A stretch of DNA of 64,000 nt from Octopus vulgaris (Eukaryota): contig OX597828.1 in NCBI GenBank assembly GCA_951406725.2, positions 19,530,001 to 19,594,000 on the forward strand, in the 5' to 3' direction. Position 1 is the stretch's first letter; the number at the start of each line of letters is the position of its first letter. Below, one piece after another: positions 25,965-40,925 of this stretch. The notes below the pieces were generated by a model. It was given only the letters and a program-made list of their open reading frames with translations, made no database searches and had not been told where the DNA came from. A program made the position numbers and the translations under genes.

Positions 25965-26713
25965 TGCTATTTTCTTTTTAAAGTAGGTTATTCAACTCCC
26001 AGTGCCGGAGATTAGGTTAAAATATTATGAGGGTGAGATCAGAATGAATAAATATAATACAAAAGATGGAAATGCTTTAGAAACTTAAAAGAAAAAAACA
26101 GAAACTGTGAAATATCTCAGAAGAACTAAACCTTAAGCGGACTTACGCTAAATCTCTAAAAGAAAAAGGGGAAAAAGCAAATATTTCGCAGCTTAGATCA
26201 GGAAATAAGCAAAGGTAGATAAAATGGATAAATTGGATTCGTGAAAAATGTTGCTATGTCATAAATAGAAGGCAGTCGGTTGGCAGAATCGTTAGAGTGT
26301 CGGGAAAATACCATATGATAACTGACTCGGTACTATGCATTCCGAGTTCGAATAGTTTACCGTTGCTGGGTTGGTAAAATAATTGCGGATCTCGTCCCTT
26401 ATCTACTATAATAATACTCTTGTGTTTTTCTCCGTCACAACATATGAATGAGAAAGGAACAAATGATAGAATAAAAGCAAAAAAGAAGAAAGAAAAAGTT
26501 GTTTATCTTCTACTGCTTTTTCCCGCCCTCTTTCTCTTTTCCTCTTTTTATTCTCGCAATCACTGTTCATCTCGCACACTACCCACACAGCATCTCTTCT
26601 GTAAGTGTGAGAGAAAGGGAAGGAGTTGGAGAAGAATCGACCCCAGTACTTCATCGGCATTTACTTATCGAGTTCAGAAGGATGACGATTTACAAAGGTT
26701 GTCTAATCTAGAA

Positions 26714-26860
26714 CAGTGCTACACAAAGTGGTGGTCCGCGGGCGGTGTGCTTCCAGAAAAGAAAGAAACGTTATAAAATAATTGTAAAATGTTTATAAAA
26801 TGCTTATGTAATATTGTATTATTTGTTTACATAATAAGTATAAGATAAAATAAAATTTTT
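26714..26860 (+). mobile_element. hAT-Charlie-like element end (one terminus only)
   Basis: atctagaa|CAGTGCTACACAAAGTGGTGGTCCGCGG resembles MER5-type termini. The other end was not found. Confidence 0.45.
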
Positions 26861-27742
26861 TCAGTCATTAGACTGCGGTCATGCTGGGGCTCCATCCCGA
26901 ATAATTTTGATCGAACGAATCCACCCCAGTACTTATTTTTCAAAGTTTGGTACTTATTCTATCACTAAGTTGCGGGGACGTAAATACACGAACAAAGGTT
27001 GTCAAAAACATATAAAACATACGCACATACACATATATAAAACACATATAAAATATACATGCATAGGGGTACACACATTTATAAAATATACTCATATACA
27101 CACACAATATACGCACAAATACACACACTTATAAGACACACACACGCGATACATACACATGTACGACAGGCTTCTTTTCAGTTTCCGTATACAAAATACA
27201 CTCACAGGGTTTTGGTCAGACCGAAGCTATTGTATAAGACACTCATCCAAGGTGCCACGCGGTGTGACTGAACCCGCAACCATGTGGCTAGGATGCAAAC
27301 TACGTACCAGACAACTAGCCCTGCTTCTCCTTCCGTGTTTATATCTTCCTTACACTAAATGGCCGCCATGGAAAAACTACGTATTTAAAACAAAACAAGT
27401 ATCTTATATTTTTGAAAATGAAGTCTAGAAATTAAATTTCTCCCGATAAAGCTAAATCGGTAAATCAACAAATTTACATTATTAAATCTTTCAATATCTT
27501 CAGCACTGTTATCTTGTCTCTGAGTTAGACATGTGTCTGTCGTACCAAGTTTATTAAGGAAAGATTACTTCAAGAAGATAATCATATTTACAATATTTAT
27601 CATATGTTAGAAGAGAGCAAAACAACATTGGCCCTATACTCACAGAGAAAATAACCCCAGACATTGAAAGTTTCATAAGTCTTGTTTTCATAACGTTCTT
27701 CCCTACTGAATAATTTTTCAATTTCATAATTGGTCTTAGGGA

Positions 27743-28140
27743 AGGCGGCGAGCTGGTAGAGTCGTTAGCACGCCGGGCGAAATGCGTAGCCGTATTTCGT
27801 CTGCCGTTACGTTCTGATTTCAAATTCCGCTGAGGTCGACTTTGCCTTTCATCCTTTCGGAGTCGATTAAATAAGTACCAGTTACGCACTGAAGTCGATA
27901 TAATCGACTTAATCCGTTTGTCTGTCCTTGTTTGTCCTCTCTGTGTTTAGCCCATTGTGGGTAGTAAAGTAATAGGTATTTCGTCTGCCGTTACGTTCAG
28001 TGTTCAAATTCCACCTACGTTGACTTTGCCTTTCATCCTCTCGGGTTCGATGAATTAAGTACCTGTTGCACACTGGAGTCGATCTAATAGACTGGGCCCC
28101 GGTCCCCAAAACTTCGGGCCCTGTGCCTAGAGCCGAAAAG
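27743..28140 (+). mobile_element. Family-B SINE dimer
   Basis: The second unit restarts at ggtatttcgtctgccg (27975). Inverted family-B copies follow at 28160-28353 and 29001-29200. Confidence 0.85.
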
Positions 28141-28363
28141 AATATCTGTATTAGGGAAATGTCGGTTTCAAATTTTTGCACAAGGCCAGCAAGTTCAGGG
28201 GTAGGGAAGAGTCAATTACAGCGACCTCAGTGTTCAACTGGTACTTATTTTATCGACCGTAAAAAGGATAAAAGGAAAAGTCAATCTCGTTGCAATTTGA
28301 ACTCAGAACATAAAGACGGACGAAATGCTAACGATTCTGCCAGCTCGCTGCTTTAACAGTAAT

Positions 28364-28755
28364 ACTCTTTTACTCTTTTACTTGTTTCAGTAATTTGACT
28401 GTGACCATACTGGAGCACTGCCTTTAGTCAAGCAAATCGACCCCAGGACTTATTCTTTGGAAGCTTAGTACTTATTCTATCGGTTTCTTTTGCCGAACCG
28501 CTAAGTTACGGGGACATAAACACACCAGCATCGGTTGTCAAGCGATGTTGGGGGGGGGGGGGGCACAGACACACAAACATATATATATATATATACATAC
28601 ATACGACGGGCTTCTTCCAGTTTCCGTCTACCAAATCCACTCTCTAGGCTTTGGTTGGCCCGAGGCTATAGTAGAAGACATTTGCCCAAGGTGCCACGCA
28701 GTGGGACTGAACCCGGAACCATGTTCGTAAGCAAGCTACTTACCACACAGCCACT
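28364..28755 (-). mobile_element. tRNA-derived SINE, family A
   Basis: Near-full copy. Confidence 0.9.
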
Positions 28756-28769
28756 CAATAATCATAATA

Positions 28770-28999
28770 CAGTAATCCCTCGACTATCGCGGGTGTTACG
28801 TTCCAGACCCCCCCGCGATAGGTGAAAATCCGCGAAGTAGAAACAGTACTGTACTGTATGTTTTTTAAAATTATTTTTATAATTTGTATATATTTATTTT
28901 ATTATAAATGCAAAAAAAAAAAAACACCACGAAAGAATGGACGTAAGCTTAAATAATAAAACCGTGATAGGTAAACCGCGACATGGCGAGAGATTACTG
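28770..28999. mobile_element. Tigger-like MITE
   Basis: TA|CAGTAATCCCTCG ... CGAGAGATTACTG|TA: TIRs with a TA TSD. Confidence 0.88.
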
Positions 29000-29894
29000 T
29001 AATCCTTTCTACTAAAGGCACAAGGCCTGAAATTTCGGAATGAGGGGATGAATCCATTACACTGACCCCAGTGCTCAACTGGTACTTATTTTATCAACCT
29101 CAAAAGACGGAAGGCAAAGTTGACCTCGGCGGAATTTGAACTCAGAACATAAAGACGAACGAAATGCCGCAAAGCATTTTGTTCGGCGCGCTCACGATTC
29201 GGATACTTAGCTACCTTATTTTACGGAAATATTAAGAGATTCAGAGCAAATATTCCTACGTCTGTAAGGAATTTATATCAACAACATTATTTTATTCTTT
29301 TTTTACTTTACATGTTTGCTGGGGCACTACCTTGAAGGGTTTAGTCGAACAAATCGGCGCCAGTAGATATGTCTTTTTAAACCTGTTATGTATTCTGTCA
29401 GTATCTTTCACCAAAGCACCAAGTTACAAGGATGTAAACAAACCAGCACCTCTTGTCAATTGGAGAGACAAACACAAAGACACGCACACACAAAGACACG
29501 CACACACAGAGACACGCACACACACACATGTGAAGGGCTTCCATGCAGTTTCCGTCTACCAAATTCACTCACAAGGCATTGGTCTGTCCGGAGTTATAGT
29601 AAACGACAATTATTGTGAAAGGAAAGAAACGATGCTGCCGAAAACTTTTCAGTGTCGATGGAATTGGTCCTTGGATATTATTGGAATTCAAGACATGTTC
29701 ATTTCAAATCATTGATTCTAGATTGAGAAATAATTGGTTCTGTTAAATGTCTGAGAAAAAGAAAACCGCACTTCAATATGGTTTTCAATATAGGTGGCAG
29801 AAGTTTGATTCGTGACCACGCGATTTTGAGTTCAGCCCCTCTGCACGGCACCTGAGGCAAGTGTCTTCTACTATAACCCTTGTCCGACCAGTGG

Positions 29895-29983
<89 letters not shown>

Positions 29984-31421
29984 GATCTACCTACCTGTCT
30001 GTCTGTCTGTCTGTCCATCCATCCATACACATATGTGTGTGCGTGCGTGTGCATGAGTGCGCGTCTTTGTCCTCACATTGCTTGACAACCAGTGCTGGTT
30101 GGTTTACGCCTCTGTGACATAGCCGTCAGGCAAAATGTACCGTTAGAGTAATATCAAACTTAAAAAATAAGTACCGGGGCCAGAGTTTTCGACTAAACCA
30201 TTCAAAGCAGTGTACTCCAGCATGGCAACAGTCCAATGATTGGAACAAGTAAAAGAGTGAAAGAATAATAAATTCTCAGGTAGTTACTGTTTGAACTGTT
30301 TGTAAGAGAAGAGGAAAAATATTTTCCGATCGTTTCCTAATATCTTTCTTTCATCTCGTTTTTGATCTTTCTAAGCATCATTTACGTTATTTTTCTTTCG
30401 AACCTTTCTTGAGCCAAGGTTGGAGTTCGGATCTAAAATTTCTCTTACCATAGTATTAAGATCAAAGGAAACTATTTTGCATTTTGGCAGCACTAAAACA
30501 TTTGCAATAGATTTAGTTGATCAAAGGGGAAAAAATTTATGAGCAACTTAGTTTTCTCCGCTGCGCTAAATTAGTAAAAACAGTTTTGAATCGAACATAG
30601 TGAGGAAGGAAATACTGTTGGATCAAAGGCAGCCATTTTGTATGCTGGAAGTGTTAAAGCATTTGCACTAGATTTTTCTTTTGACGGTTGTAAAAGCTCC
30701 GCCAACAGCTTGACACTGGGTTAGATTAAGAGGAAAAAAATGAAGTTTTGAATCAGAGTAAGTAAAACCTGCAGGATCAGAAGGAATAATTTTACTTGTT
30801 AGCAGTGCTTAAGCATTTGATATATTTGATCAGAGGAACCATCTGTAAACAGTTTAGTGTAATCCACTGGGATAAATTGAAAAAAAAAAAAAGGTTTGAA
30901 TCAAACACAACAGACAAATCTTGGACACGTTTGAAAACTGGATGTGAAAATATAAAATAATGGAAAAACAGCATAGTATTTTAATCACAATACATTTCAT
31001 GTAACATCTGAGTAATAAAGACTCATTTTTTGATCCTATGAGTTAAAGGTGAGTTTGTAATTAAAACCATGGATTAAAACTTAATCCATAGCAGGTTCAG
31101 TTGATGAGGCGGGAAACACTTTAGTTTCGTTTTGCAAGATTCTTGATGGGAACTCGTGCATTGAAACGAATTTTTTTTTTATCTCGGAGAGGTCATGATA
31201 TTAATATTTCCTCCTAATTTTAGTACAAGGTCAGAAATCTTGAGGGGATGGAATAAGTTGATTACCACGGGCCCAGTACTCAACAGGTACTTTATTTTAT
31301 CGTCCCCGAAAAGATTAAAGACAAAATCAACCTTGACGGCATTTGAATTACCATTATGCATTTTTTCCGATGCGTCAACAACTCTGCCAGCACGCCAGCT
31401 TTACAGGAATAATAGTGATTA

Positions 31422-31528
<107 letters not shown>

Positions 31529-31540
31529 ATAATAATAATA

Positions 31541-31597
<57 letters not shown>

Positions 31598-32152
31598 TGA
31601 CCCGATGCAGTACCAGACAGTGGCTCTTATGGCTTCTGATCTTAACTGATTGGAAGTGTTATCATGTACGTTGTTTTGTCTTGGAATAAAAGATTATCTA
31701 CAGCAAATATTCTGCTCAGTACCACAGATTTTCTTGTCAGTTGCTTGACCTTAACCAGTTGAGCATGTCCCTTAGTGGCTGACGATATGTGCATCTTTGA
31801 TCATGAGCAGAAGTAGTAGCGGAGAATCATAGCCGTGTGTTGAAAGGAATTTTTGGAGGTTTGGATAATTCACCTTTGGAAACATGGGTGGGTCGTTCAA
31901 CATCCTTAAACAATCCTTATTCAGGGACCTTTTGAGCGGGATGACCTACTCGACCAGAAGAAAATTCTAACTGGGCCCCACCTGCAATGTCATGTGCTGT
32001 TTATCTTGATATGAGATCACCATGTCGCGCACATATGGTTGTAATGCATGTGCCCGGTGTACCCTTATCAGACGGGTAGTCATGATGGGTATACTGGGCT
32101 TCGTATATTTTACCCCAGTGTCACTTTGATGGCATGCACTGCTCTCTCACTC

Positions 32153-32212
<60 letters not shown>

Positions 32213-32361
32213 AAAAGAGGTAATAATTATAATAGTAATGATAGTAAAAATAATAATAAGCCCACATATTGGTTCTATTTCACTTCTTTGGTTATCATCA
32301 TTCAATTCGTTAACATTTAACTAACTACCTAATCGATCAATTGGCTAAATGTTTATGAATT

Positions 32362-32543
<182 letters not shown>

Positions 32544-32589
32544 AAAGAGATGAAATAGAACCAGTGTGCGCGTGTATTTATAATGGCTC

Positions 32590-32697
32590 TCCTAGGATAC
32601 AACAGAACTTATATGTTTCTGCTACCAAAAATGTCTAAGTTTCTAGAGAAGCATTTAGCACAGATGTAGAATATCGACAATTGCAAAGAACAGCACG

Positions 32698-32771
<74 letters not shown>

Positions 32772-33560
32772 AACCGAAATAATGATGGAATTTCTTTGTA
32801 CCATTGTTAACTTTTACCATGACACTGGCATTGTCAGTTCCAATAACCAATAACCAATCGATATCAAACGTTTAATTTCTTTCTTATTGGTTGTTGTAGC
32901 TGTACGTTGTTTTTTTCCCTCTCTCTCTCAAAGAATCTACAATTCCATTTGGCATCACACTCTTCTAAAAATACCAAATCAAGATAACTACTTAGGTATT
33001 TTTACAATTGTTACTAAAATACACTACAGCCATTTCCATCCCATTCCCAGAAATTTGTTAACCATGATACAAACAGATTAATCTAATAGAAGAGCAAAAA
33101 CATTTCCAGTTCCTACATCAGAAATCAATTCTCCATCAAAGTATGGAACAAGCAGATTCTTTCCAATATTTGCACATTTGGTACGCTGCAGCACTTCACT
33201 TGGGAAATACTTTCTCTTTTAAGTATTTTATTTTTGCACAGATCCACTAAATGAGCCACTAAAAGGTATTAAATGAAGAATGGCATCAAGTATATACGTT
33301 GTTAATTTAGCTTCCAACATAGGGGCTTCATCTAATTTTCTTATGGAAAAAAAAACGGCAACAGGAATTGCTTCAAATAGAAGCGTTGTCTTATGCACTT
33401 TTTATTGTTTGTTTAACTTACTAATATAGAATATTTTGCTATGCTGTGGCGCTTTTATGTAGATCAATAAGAACTGAACTGAGCATGGCCACTTACTGAA
33501 TGTTAGCATAGTAAGCAAATTTCTTTCAGAATTGCTGTCGATATGTTTTCATGGTTTCTT
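32590..33560 (-). pseudogene. hAT-superfamily transposase relic
   Basis: Collinear minus-strand remnants EAKLTTYI..CHSS, HLVDLCK, QRTKCANIGKNLLVPYF, FALLLD*S, YLDLVFLEECDA, IGTDNASVMV..NNG, SLQLS, RNLD.LVAETY. Many stops and frameshifts. Confidence 0.8.
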
Positions 33561-35197
33561 TACAAGTTATCGAGAAAGATAAAAGTAGAAACAAACATCA
33601 AATGGATGCTGTTTAAAAAAAACAACAACCCAAAACAAAAACAAAACAAACAAAAAAAAAAACCCAACAAAAATAACTAAAAGGAAAAGAAGCAATTTTT
33701 AAAAGCTCGCAAATTTATGCCACGTAACCCAAAATACCAAGAACTATGAAACATAGTTTCGGATCGGAAACTTGTTTTCACTTGTTATTTCCCTTTTCTG
33801 GATGTGAAAAGTTACTTAGCGGTTCTGCAATAGAGACCGATAGAATAATTACTAGGTTTACAAAGAATAAGTCCTGGGGTCGATTTGCTCGACTAAAGGC
33901 GGTGCTCCAGCATGGCCACAGTCAAATGACTGAAACAAGTAAAAAAAAAATTAGCGATAAGAGCACCATTAATGCGAACAGATAATCTTTATATCCAATT
34001 TAACATGGATGCCTTGGTAGAACACCGAATTCTGGGTTATTAGCCTTGAGAGATCCTTTCATACAGGCACTTGATGCATAAACGTACACACATAGATTAT
34101 AGCAAGCGAAAAAATTGAATGAAATCCAGTGGATAAATCTTGAACATGTTTGAAACCCGGATGTAAACGGAGAAAAGAAATAAAGCACATTTTTATAACC
34201 GCAATATATTTCATGTCACAGCTAAGTGGTACAGACTTATCGTTTGATCCTGTACATTTCAGGTGAGTTTCTAATCACACACGCTAGCCTCACACTCTTT
34301 ATCTCTTCCAGCTTCCAGCACTAATGACGCCACAAACGTGAGTTTTTTCTTCGCTGACTAACATACAAAATTGAACATTGATACCTAATATAATAACGAC
34401 CAACCTTGATAGAAATATTGCCTTGTCTACGAAAAGCATGTTAGAAGTTCAATATGAATTACGAAACCTAATATTAAAGTGAAACTTTGAGAAATAAAAA
34501 ATTTCTTTTCATCAACTTCGGGGTAAGAACATGTTATTCAATATTAAAACAGAATATTAATGAATCGATAACAATGCACTAAAAGTAATTTTGATGTAAG
34601 GAAATGAAATAAATATTGCTGATATAATTTATGCAACACCACAAGCTATAACAGTTACAGCTGAAATCAATATAAGCGAAAATATGAAAGCAAGTAACTT
34701 AAGAAAAGGGAGAAATAACGTAAAGTTCATTTAATAAAGAATAATGTAGAAAAATGTATCCAAACGCACACCACCTGAGAAAATGTAGTAATGTTCAAAT
34801 ACATAAAGCTAGAAAAACAATTGAATTCATAGAAATTTAAATAAACCCCCACCAAAAAAAAAAAAAAAACCAACAATAAAACAAATGAAATAATTCGGGA
34901 AAATAAAAGTAAAGACTTGAAGAATAAAAGGATTTGGAAGAAAAATAGCTATACACAAAACAAATGAAAATTTAATGGAATATTCAGAGAAAATAAACAT
35001 CTTTTCCAGAGAGAATCGGCAACAAAACTATATGAATTGAAAATTGTCTTTTTTCAAATAATTAAATGAATATATACTGGAATTTTGTTAAAGATTATTG
35101 GATAAACTGAAGAAAAAAAACATAAATAGAATAGATTAGTTTAAAAAAATCCCAAAACTTTAAGATGAACGTATGATATTCTGTTATATATATATGC

Positions 35198-35269
<72 letters not shown>

Positions 35270-35994
35270 ATATATATATATATATATATACATATACACA
35301 CATATATATATATATATGTATGTATGCATGTACGTATGTATGTATGTATATACGTGCGTGTGTGCGTGTGCGTGTGTCTATATTCTTTAAAACGAAAGAA
35401 AAATTGGTAAAAGGGCAACTACATTAGATAAAATCGAGAACATGCAATTGATAATTTCTCTACATACATTGAATATCTTCCTTCAAGGACAAACAATATA
35501 ACTTTAATTCTGATTTTCTATAAATCTCAGGTAAAACTGGCGTAAGAATGAATTTTACATACCTGAAATAATACTTTCTACTAAAGGTACAAGGCCTGAA
35601 AATTTGTGGGAGGGGACTAGTCGATTATATCTGGTCAGTTCTTTCAATAGAATGTGATGAGTTGATTCTTGGCCTTTAAAAATGGCAAAACCCCGTGGCT
35701 ACTCTAAGGAGGAAGGAGGTCTTGATAAAAGTTATCTTTCAAAAAATTGTCTGGATTTATTATCATCATCATCATCATTGTCCAGTGAGAGAGTGTGTGT
35801 GTGTATGTGCGTGTGTATCTGAAAGGAGTGACAATGGAAAAGAGAAGGAAATAAAAAAGTAAGAAAGGAAGAAGAAACAATTGTGTTTACATCTATACAG
35901 CTGTTCAGTTCTTTCAATAAAATATGACAACTTGGTTAATAAAAATTGCCCATCCTAATATCCTTACGTAAGAATTGTTCCTTACTTTCATTCG

Positions 35995-36482
<488 letters not shown>

Positions 36483-36572
36483 GCTGTGACTGGTGAAATA
36501 TCACTATTTCTGTAATGATTTGTACTAGATGAAGGATCAATTTTGTAAAGTAAACTGTAATCTTGTATTAAA

Positions 36573-36642
<70 letters not shown>

Positions 36643-37971
36643 GAGTACTATACATATATACATATACATAAATAGAAACAATCTTGCATCCAGATTTTCC
36701 GACCCATTCCAGCACAAGGAATCAAACATTGGACAAGGATGATAATGATGATAATAAATCCAGACAATTTTTTGAAAAATAACTTTTATTACCCAACTTG
36801 TCATCTACTATTGAAAGTACTGAATAGCTGTATAGATGTAAACACAATTTTTTCTTCTTCCTTCCTTCCTTCTTTCTTTCCTTCTCTTTTCCATTGACAC
36901 ACCTTTCAGATACACAGACACACATCCACGCAAACACACATACACAAAAAGCACACAGACACTCTCTCTCACTTTCTCTCCATTCCTCACCCTATTTTAC
37001 TATCCTATATCTATCTCCACTCCTACACAATAATACTATAAAAAGAGACGAATCCTCTCAAACAAATTCAAATCTGGAGATTCTACTAGAGTAGATGCAA
37101 GCGCTAATATATGATTTATAAAAACATATAACATATTAATAAAAATCTGTAAACGTACAACCATCCAGATTTCTGAGTACCTTATTTTTTCTAATATATA
37201 ATACCTGTACATCACCTCCAAACCTAATATATATATATTTATATTTTCATTTAGAGGTAGTAGGCCCCTTCAGCCCACCACAGTCCACTCAGCTAGCAAA
37301 AATGAGTTGTACATGTATTTCAAAGGGCCGGCTGAATCACGCTGAATCTCCCTGAGAACTATGTTAGGGGTACGTGTCTGTGGATTGCTCAGTGACTTGC
37401 ACGTTAATTTCACGAGCAAGCTGTTCCGTTGATCGTATCAGCTGGTACCCTCGTCGTCGTAACCGACAGAGTGCTCCTAAGATGCTTAGTGATTTGTGGG
37501 AGACCGAACTGCTATTTCTAGCAGGTCAAATGACTACGTAAAGGATCCTCCGTTCGCTCATTTTATTCTAGTGCTTAGTTACAGCTTTCAAAGTTCTGGG
37601 TCCAAATTTCCTATCAACCAGTTATCTTATATTTCCATCCGTTTCGAGATCGATAAAAATATTATTGAGTTGTTGTAACCCGGTACAGATGAGTTTTCTG
37701 TCAAGATAAACGAAATCAATTTTTGCCAGGTAGAGGTGAGACTATTGTTGCAGCAGCAGTAGTAGCAGCAGCACTACTACTACTACTACTACTAGTAGTA
37801 GATGTGGTTACAATAGTTGTCGCTGTTAGTGTTTTGCTTCAGATCAATTTCGATCAAGCAAGCTTATAATCAAAGGCGTACTAAGCTTCTCAAAGATTGA
37901 GGCTCTAGTACTATATTATCCAATATTTCCTTCCTTTCTCAAGATAATAGAACATAATTTAAGAGAGATTT

Positions 37972-38188
37972 AAGGCGGTTAGCTGGCAGAGTCGTTAGCA
38001 CGCCGGGCGAAATGCTGAGCGACATTTCGTCTATCCTCAAGTTCTGAGTTCAAATTCCGACGAAGCCGACTTTGCCTTTTATCCGCTTTGGGGTCAAATA
38101 ATTAAGTACCAGTGAAACATTGGGGGTCGATGTAATCGACTATCCACTCTCCCCAAATTCCAGGCACTGTACCTTTAGCAGAAGGGAT
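37972..38188 (+). mobile_element. tRNA-derived SINE, family B
   Basis: Diverged full copy. Confidence 0.8.
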
Positions 38189-38623
38189 ATTTAAGAGTGA
38201 TTTGGCTGCTATTTCTAACTAGCCAAGTGATCACGCAGACTTTGAAATAAAAGGTCTTCCTGAATCAGGAAAGCTCCTCAACAACTGGATGACTTTTAGT
38301 TGAAGACCTTAAAGACTCCTATTGGTAACGTACCAGTACAGAAAGATTAGAACGTAGAAATCGGTCGAGAAAATCCTGGCCAGCCCCTTCGTTCATTCAT
38401 TTCGTTCAGAGATTCGAAATTGCAAATAATTTTGATATTACAAAAATAACGAACAACTCTAATAACAAGTCTCTATATATGGAAAAAAAAAAATAATGGT
38501 TCAATTCCACGGTGCAGCACTTTCAACAAGCATCTTCTAATATAGTGCCGGGTTTTAGTGAATTTGGTAGACAGAAATTCTGTGGAAGCTCGTCGTGTAT
38601 ATATACTTCCACATAATTATATA

Positions 38624-39037
38624 TACTCTTTACTCTTTTACTCTTTTACTTGTTTCAGTCATTTGACTGCGGCCATGCTGGAGCACCGCCTTTAATCGAG
38701 CAACTCGACCCCGGGATTTATTCTTTTGTAAGCCCAGTTCTTATTCTATCAGTCTCTTTTGCCGAACCGCTAAGTAACTGGGACATAAACACACCAGCAT
38801 CGGTTGTCAAGCAATGCTAGGGGGAAAAACACAGACACACAAACACACACACGCATATATATATACATATATACGACGGGCTTCTTTCAGTTTCCGTCTA
38901 CCAAATCCACTCACAAGGCATTGGTCGGCCCGAGGCTATAGTAGAAGACACTTGCCCAAGGTGCCACGCAGTGGGACTGAACCCGGAACCATGTAGCTGG
39001 TAAAAGAGCTACTTACCACACAGCCACTCCTGCGTCT
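38624..39037 (-). mobile_element. tRNA-derived SINE, family A
   Basis: Full copy. Confidence 0.9.
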
Positions 39038-39398
39038 ATATATATATATATATATATATATACATACATACATACACATACGTGTGTGTGCATGTATGCG
39101 TGTGTGTGTATGTGCGGTGTGTGCGTGTATAGTTTTGGGTGCGTGTTTATCTCTCCTCGCCGCTTGGCAACCGGTCTTGGTTTGTTCATGTCTCAGTAAC
39201 TTAGCGATTCGGCAAAAATTAGATATCATGCTTAAAATAAAGAATCACTGGGATGGGTCTGTTCGGCTATAAGCATTCAAAGTAGTTTCTGATTTCGTTC
39301 CATAGATAAGGCTGCAAACTTGACATTCGAACCTAATGTGGTAATAAGCAGAACAATATTCTGGAAGCTTTTATATCAAGGAATATTTTGATAGCAAT

Positions 39399-39605
39399 AC
39401 TCTTTTACTTGTTTCAGTCATTTGACTGCGGCCATACTGGAGCACCGCCTTCAGTCGAGCAAATCGACCCCAGGACTTATTCTTTGTAAGCCTAGTACTT
39501 ATTCTATCGGTCTCTTTTGCCGAACCGCTAATTTACGGGGACGTAAACACACCAGCATCAGTTGTCAAGCGATGCTGTGGGGACAAACACAGACACACAA
39601 ACATA

Positions 39606-39669
<64 letters not shown>

Positions 39670-39850
39670 CATATATACGACGGGTTTCTTTCAGTTTCCG
39701 TCTACCAAATCCACTCACAAGGCTTCGGTCGGTCGGATGCCATAGTAGAAGACACTTTACCAAGGTGCCACGCAAGGTGCCACGTAAGGTGCCCAAGGAA
39801 CCCGGAACCATGTGGTTGGTAAGCAAGCTACTTACCACACAGCAACTCCT
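39399..39850 (-). mobile_element. tRNA-derived SINE, family A, with a local 12-bp triplication
   Basis: Full copy. caaggtgccacg is repeated about three times at 39761-39798. Confidence 0.9.
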
Positions 39851-39933
39851 ATATATATATATATATGTTGAATCGCCAGATCTGCACGCATTTTTTTCTC
39901 TCCTTGTTTCTCTCCGTGTTTCTTTTCTGTGTA

Positions 39934-39971
39934 TCTTTCTGTTGAAGAGCGTAGGCTCGAAACGTAAAAGA
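39934..39971 (+). ncRNA. Minimal HHR motif, A6U variant, within a PLE-like terminus at ~39868-40070
   Basis: tcttt CTGTTGA a GAGC gtag GCTC GAAA CG TA aaaga. Stems I and II are perfect, stem III is palindromic ACGT and the site is GUA. The insert is flanked by (TA)n. Confidence 0.7.
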
Positions 39972-40875
39972 CTTGTTTTATTTATATTCCTGAGCGCCAT
40001 ACTAATACAATTGTTTGTTTGTACTCCACCTGCCTTCGTATTTTGTTTATTTTCATAAAGCTTCCCGTTATATATATATAAATATATACATATTAGTGTC
40101 TGCATGTGCGTGTATGTGCGTGTATGGAATCTTTTATTTCAAAGAATATTTTGATAGCAATATCAAACAAATATTAAAAACCAGTAAATAAAAATTCCAC
40201 TTTCTTTTTGCCAATCCTCTATCATCAAGGGTGCAAGAATTAATATGCCAACGTGGAGAATTTGCCATCCAGTTTCGATTTCAGAAGTGGAATAATGTTA
40301 TTTTCATTTATAAAGAAAGGAAAAAAAACCTCAGGAAAAAAAAAGGCATTACCGAAAATGTTAGAATTCAACTTTTCTACACGAAACACACATTTCTTTT
40401 TTTTTTAACAGTTCTGGATATTTCTATAGCAATCTTGACCACTGCTAGATATTTCTTACAAGCTCAATTTTTTTTCTTTCACTTCAATTACACTATTTTG
40501 GAAATATATAAACGTTATTTTGTCTCACTCGAAACAAACAGGTATATGAAGGAAAAGCTAACCATTAAAGATTAAGAATTAAGTGCATTTCTTGTAATAA
40601 ACGAGTCAAAGAACAAACAGTAAAAATGTAATAAAAGAAAATAAACCAAAAAATCGATAGAATTTAACAATAAATATATTCTGGTTGTGTAGCGATATTT
40701 CCCGTCTATTCATAGAATCATTTCAAATGTAATCGTTTTCTCAGAGTTCATACTTCAACTATTTGGAAACATAATGGTGACTGAGAATAGATGAATAAAC
40801 AGATTGAACAGAAGCAGAGAGGCGTAATTGACCGAGACAACGGGGTATCCGTGTCTCAGCGCTTAGATCGTAAAT

Positions 40876-40925
<50 letters not shown>

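Noticed and set aside
30630-30670. PFVCWKC-KAF zinc-finger-like peptide
   Set aside because: It needs two frameshifts, the cysteines are absent in sister repeats, and the period is not a multiple of 84 bp.
40744-40875. Exon bounded by ttttctcag and gtaaat
   Set aside because: Stops occur in all three frames.
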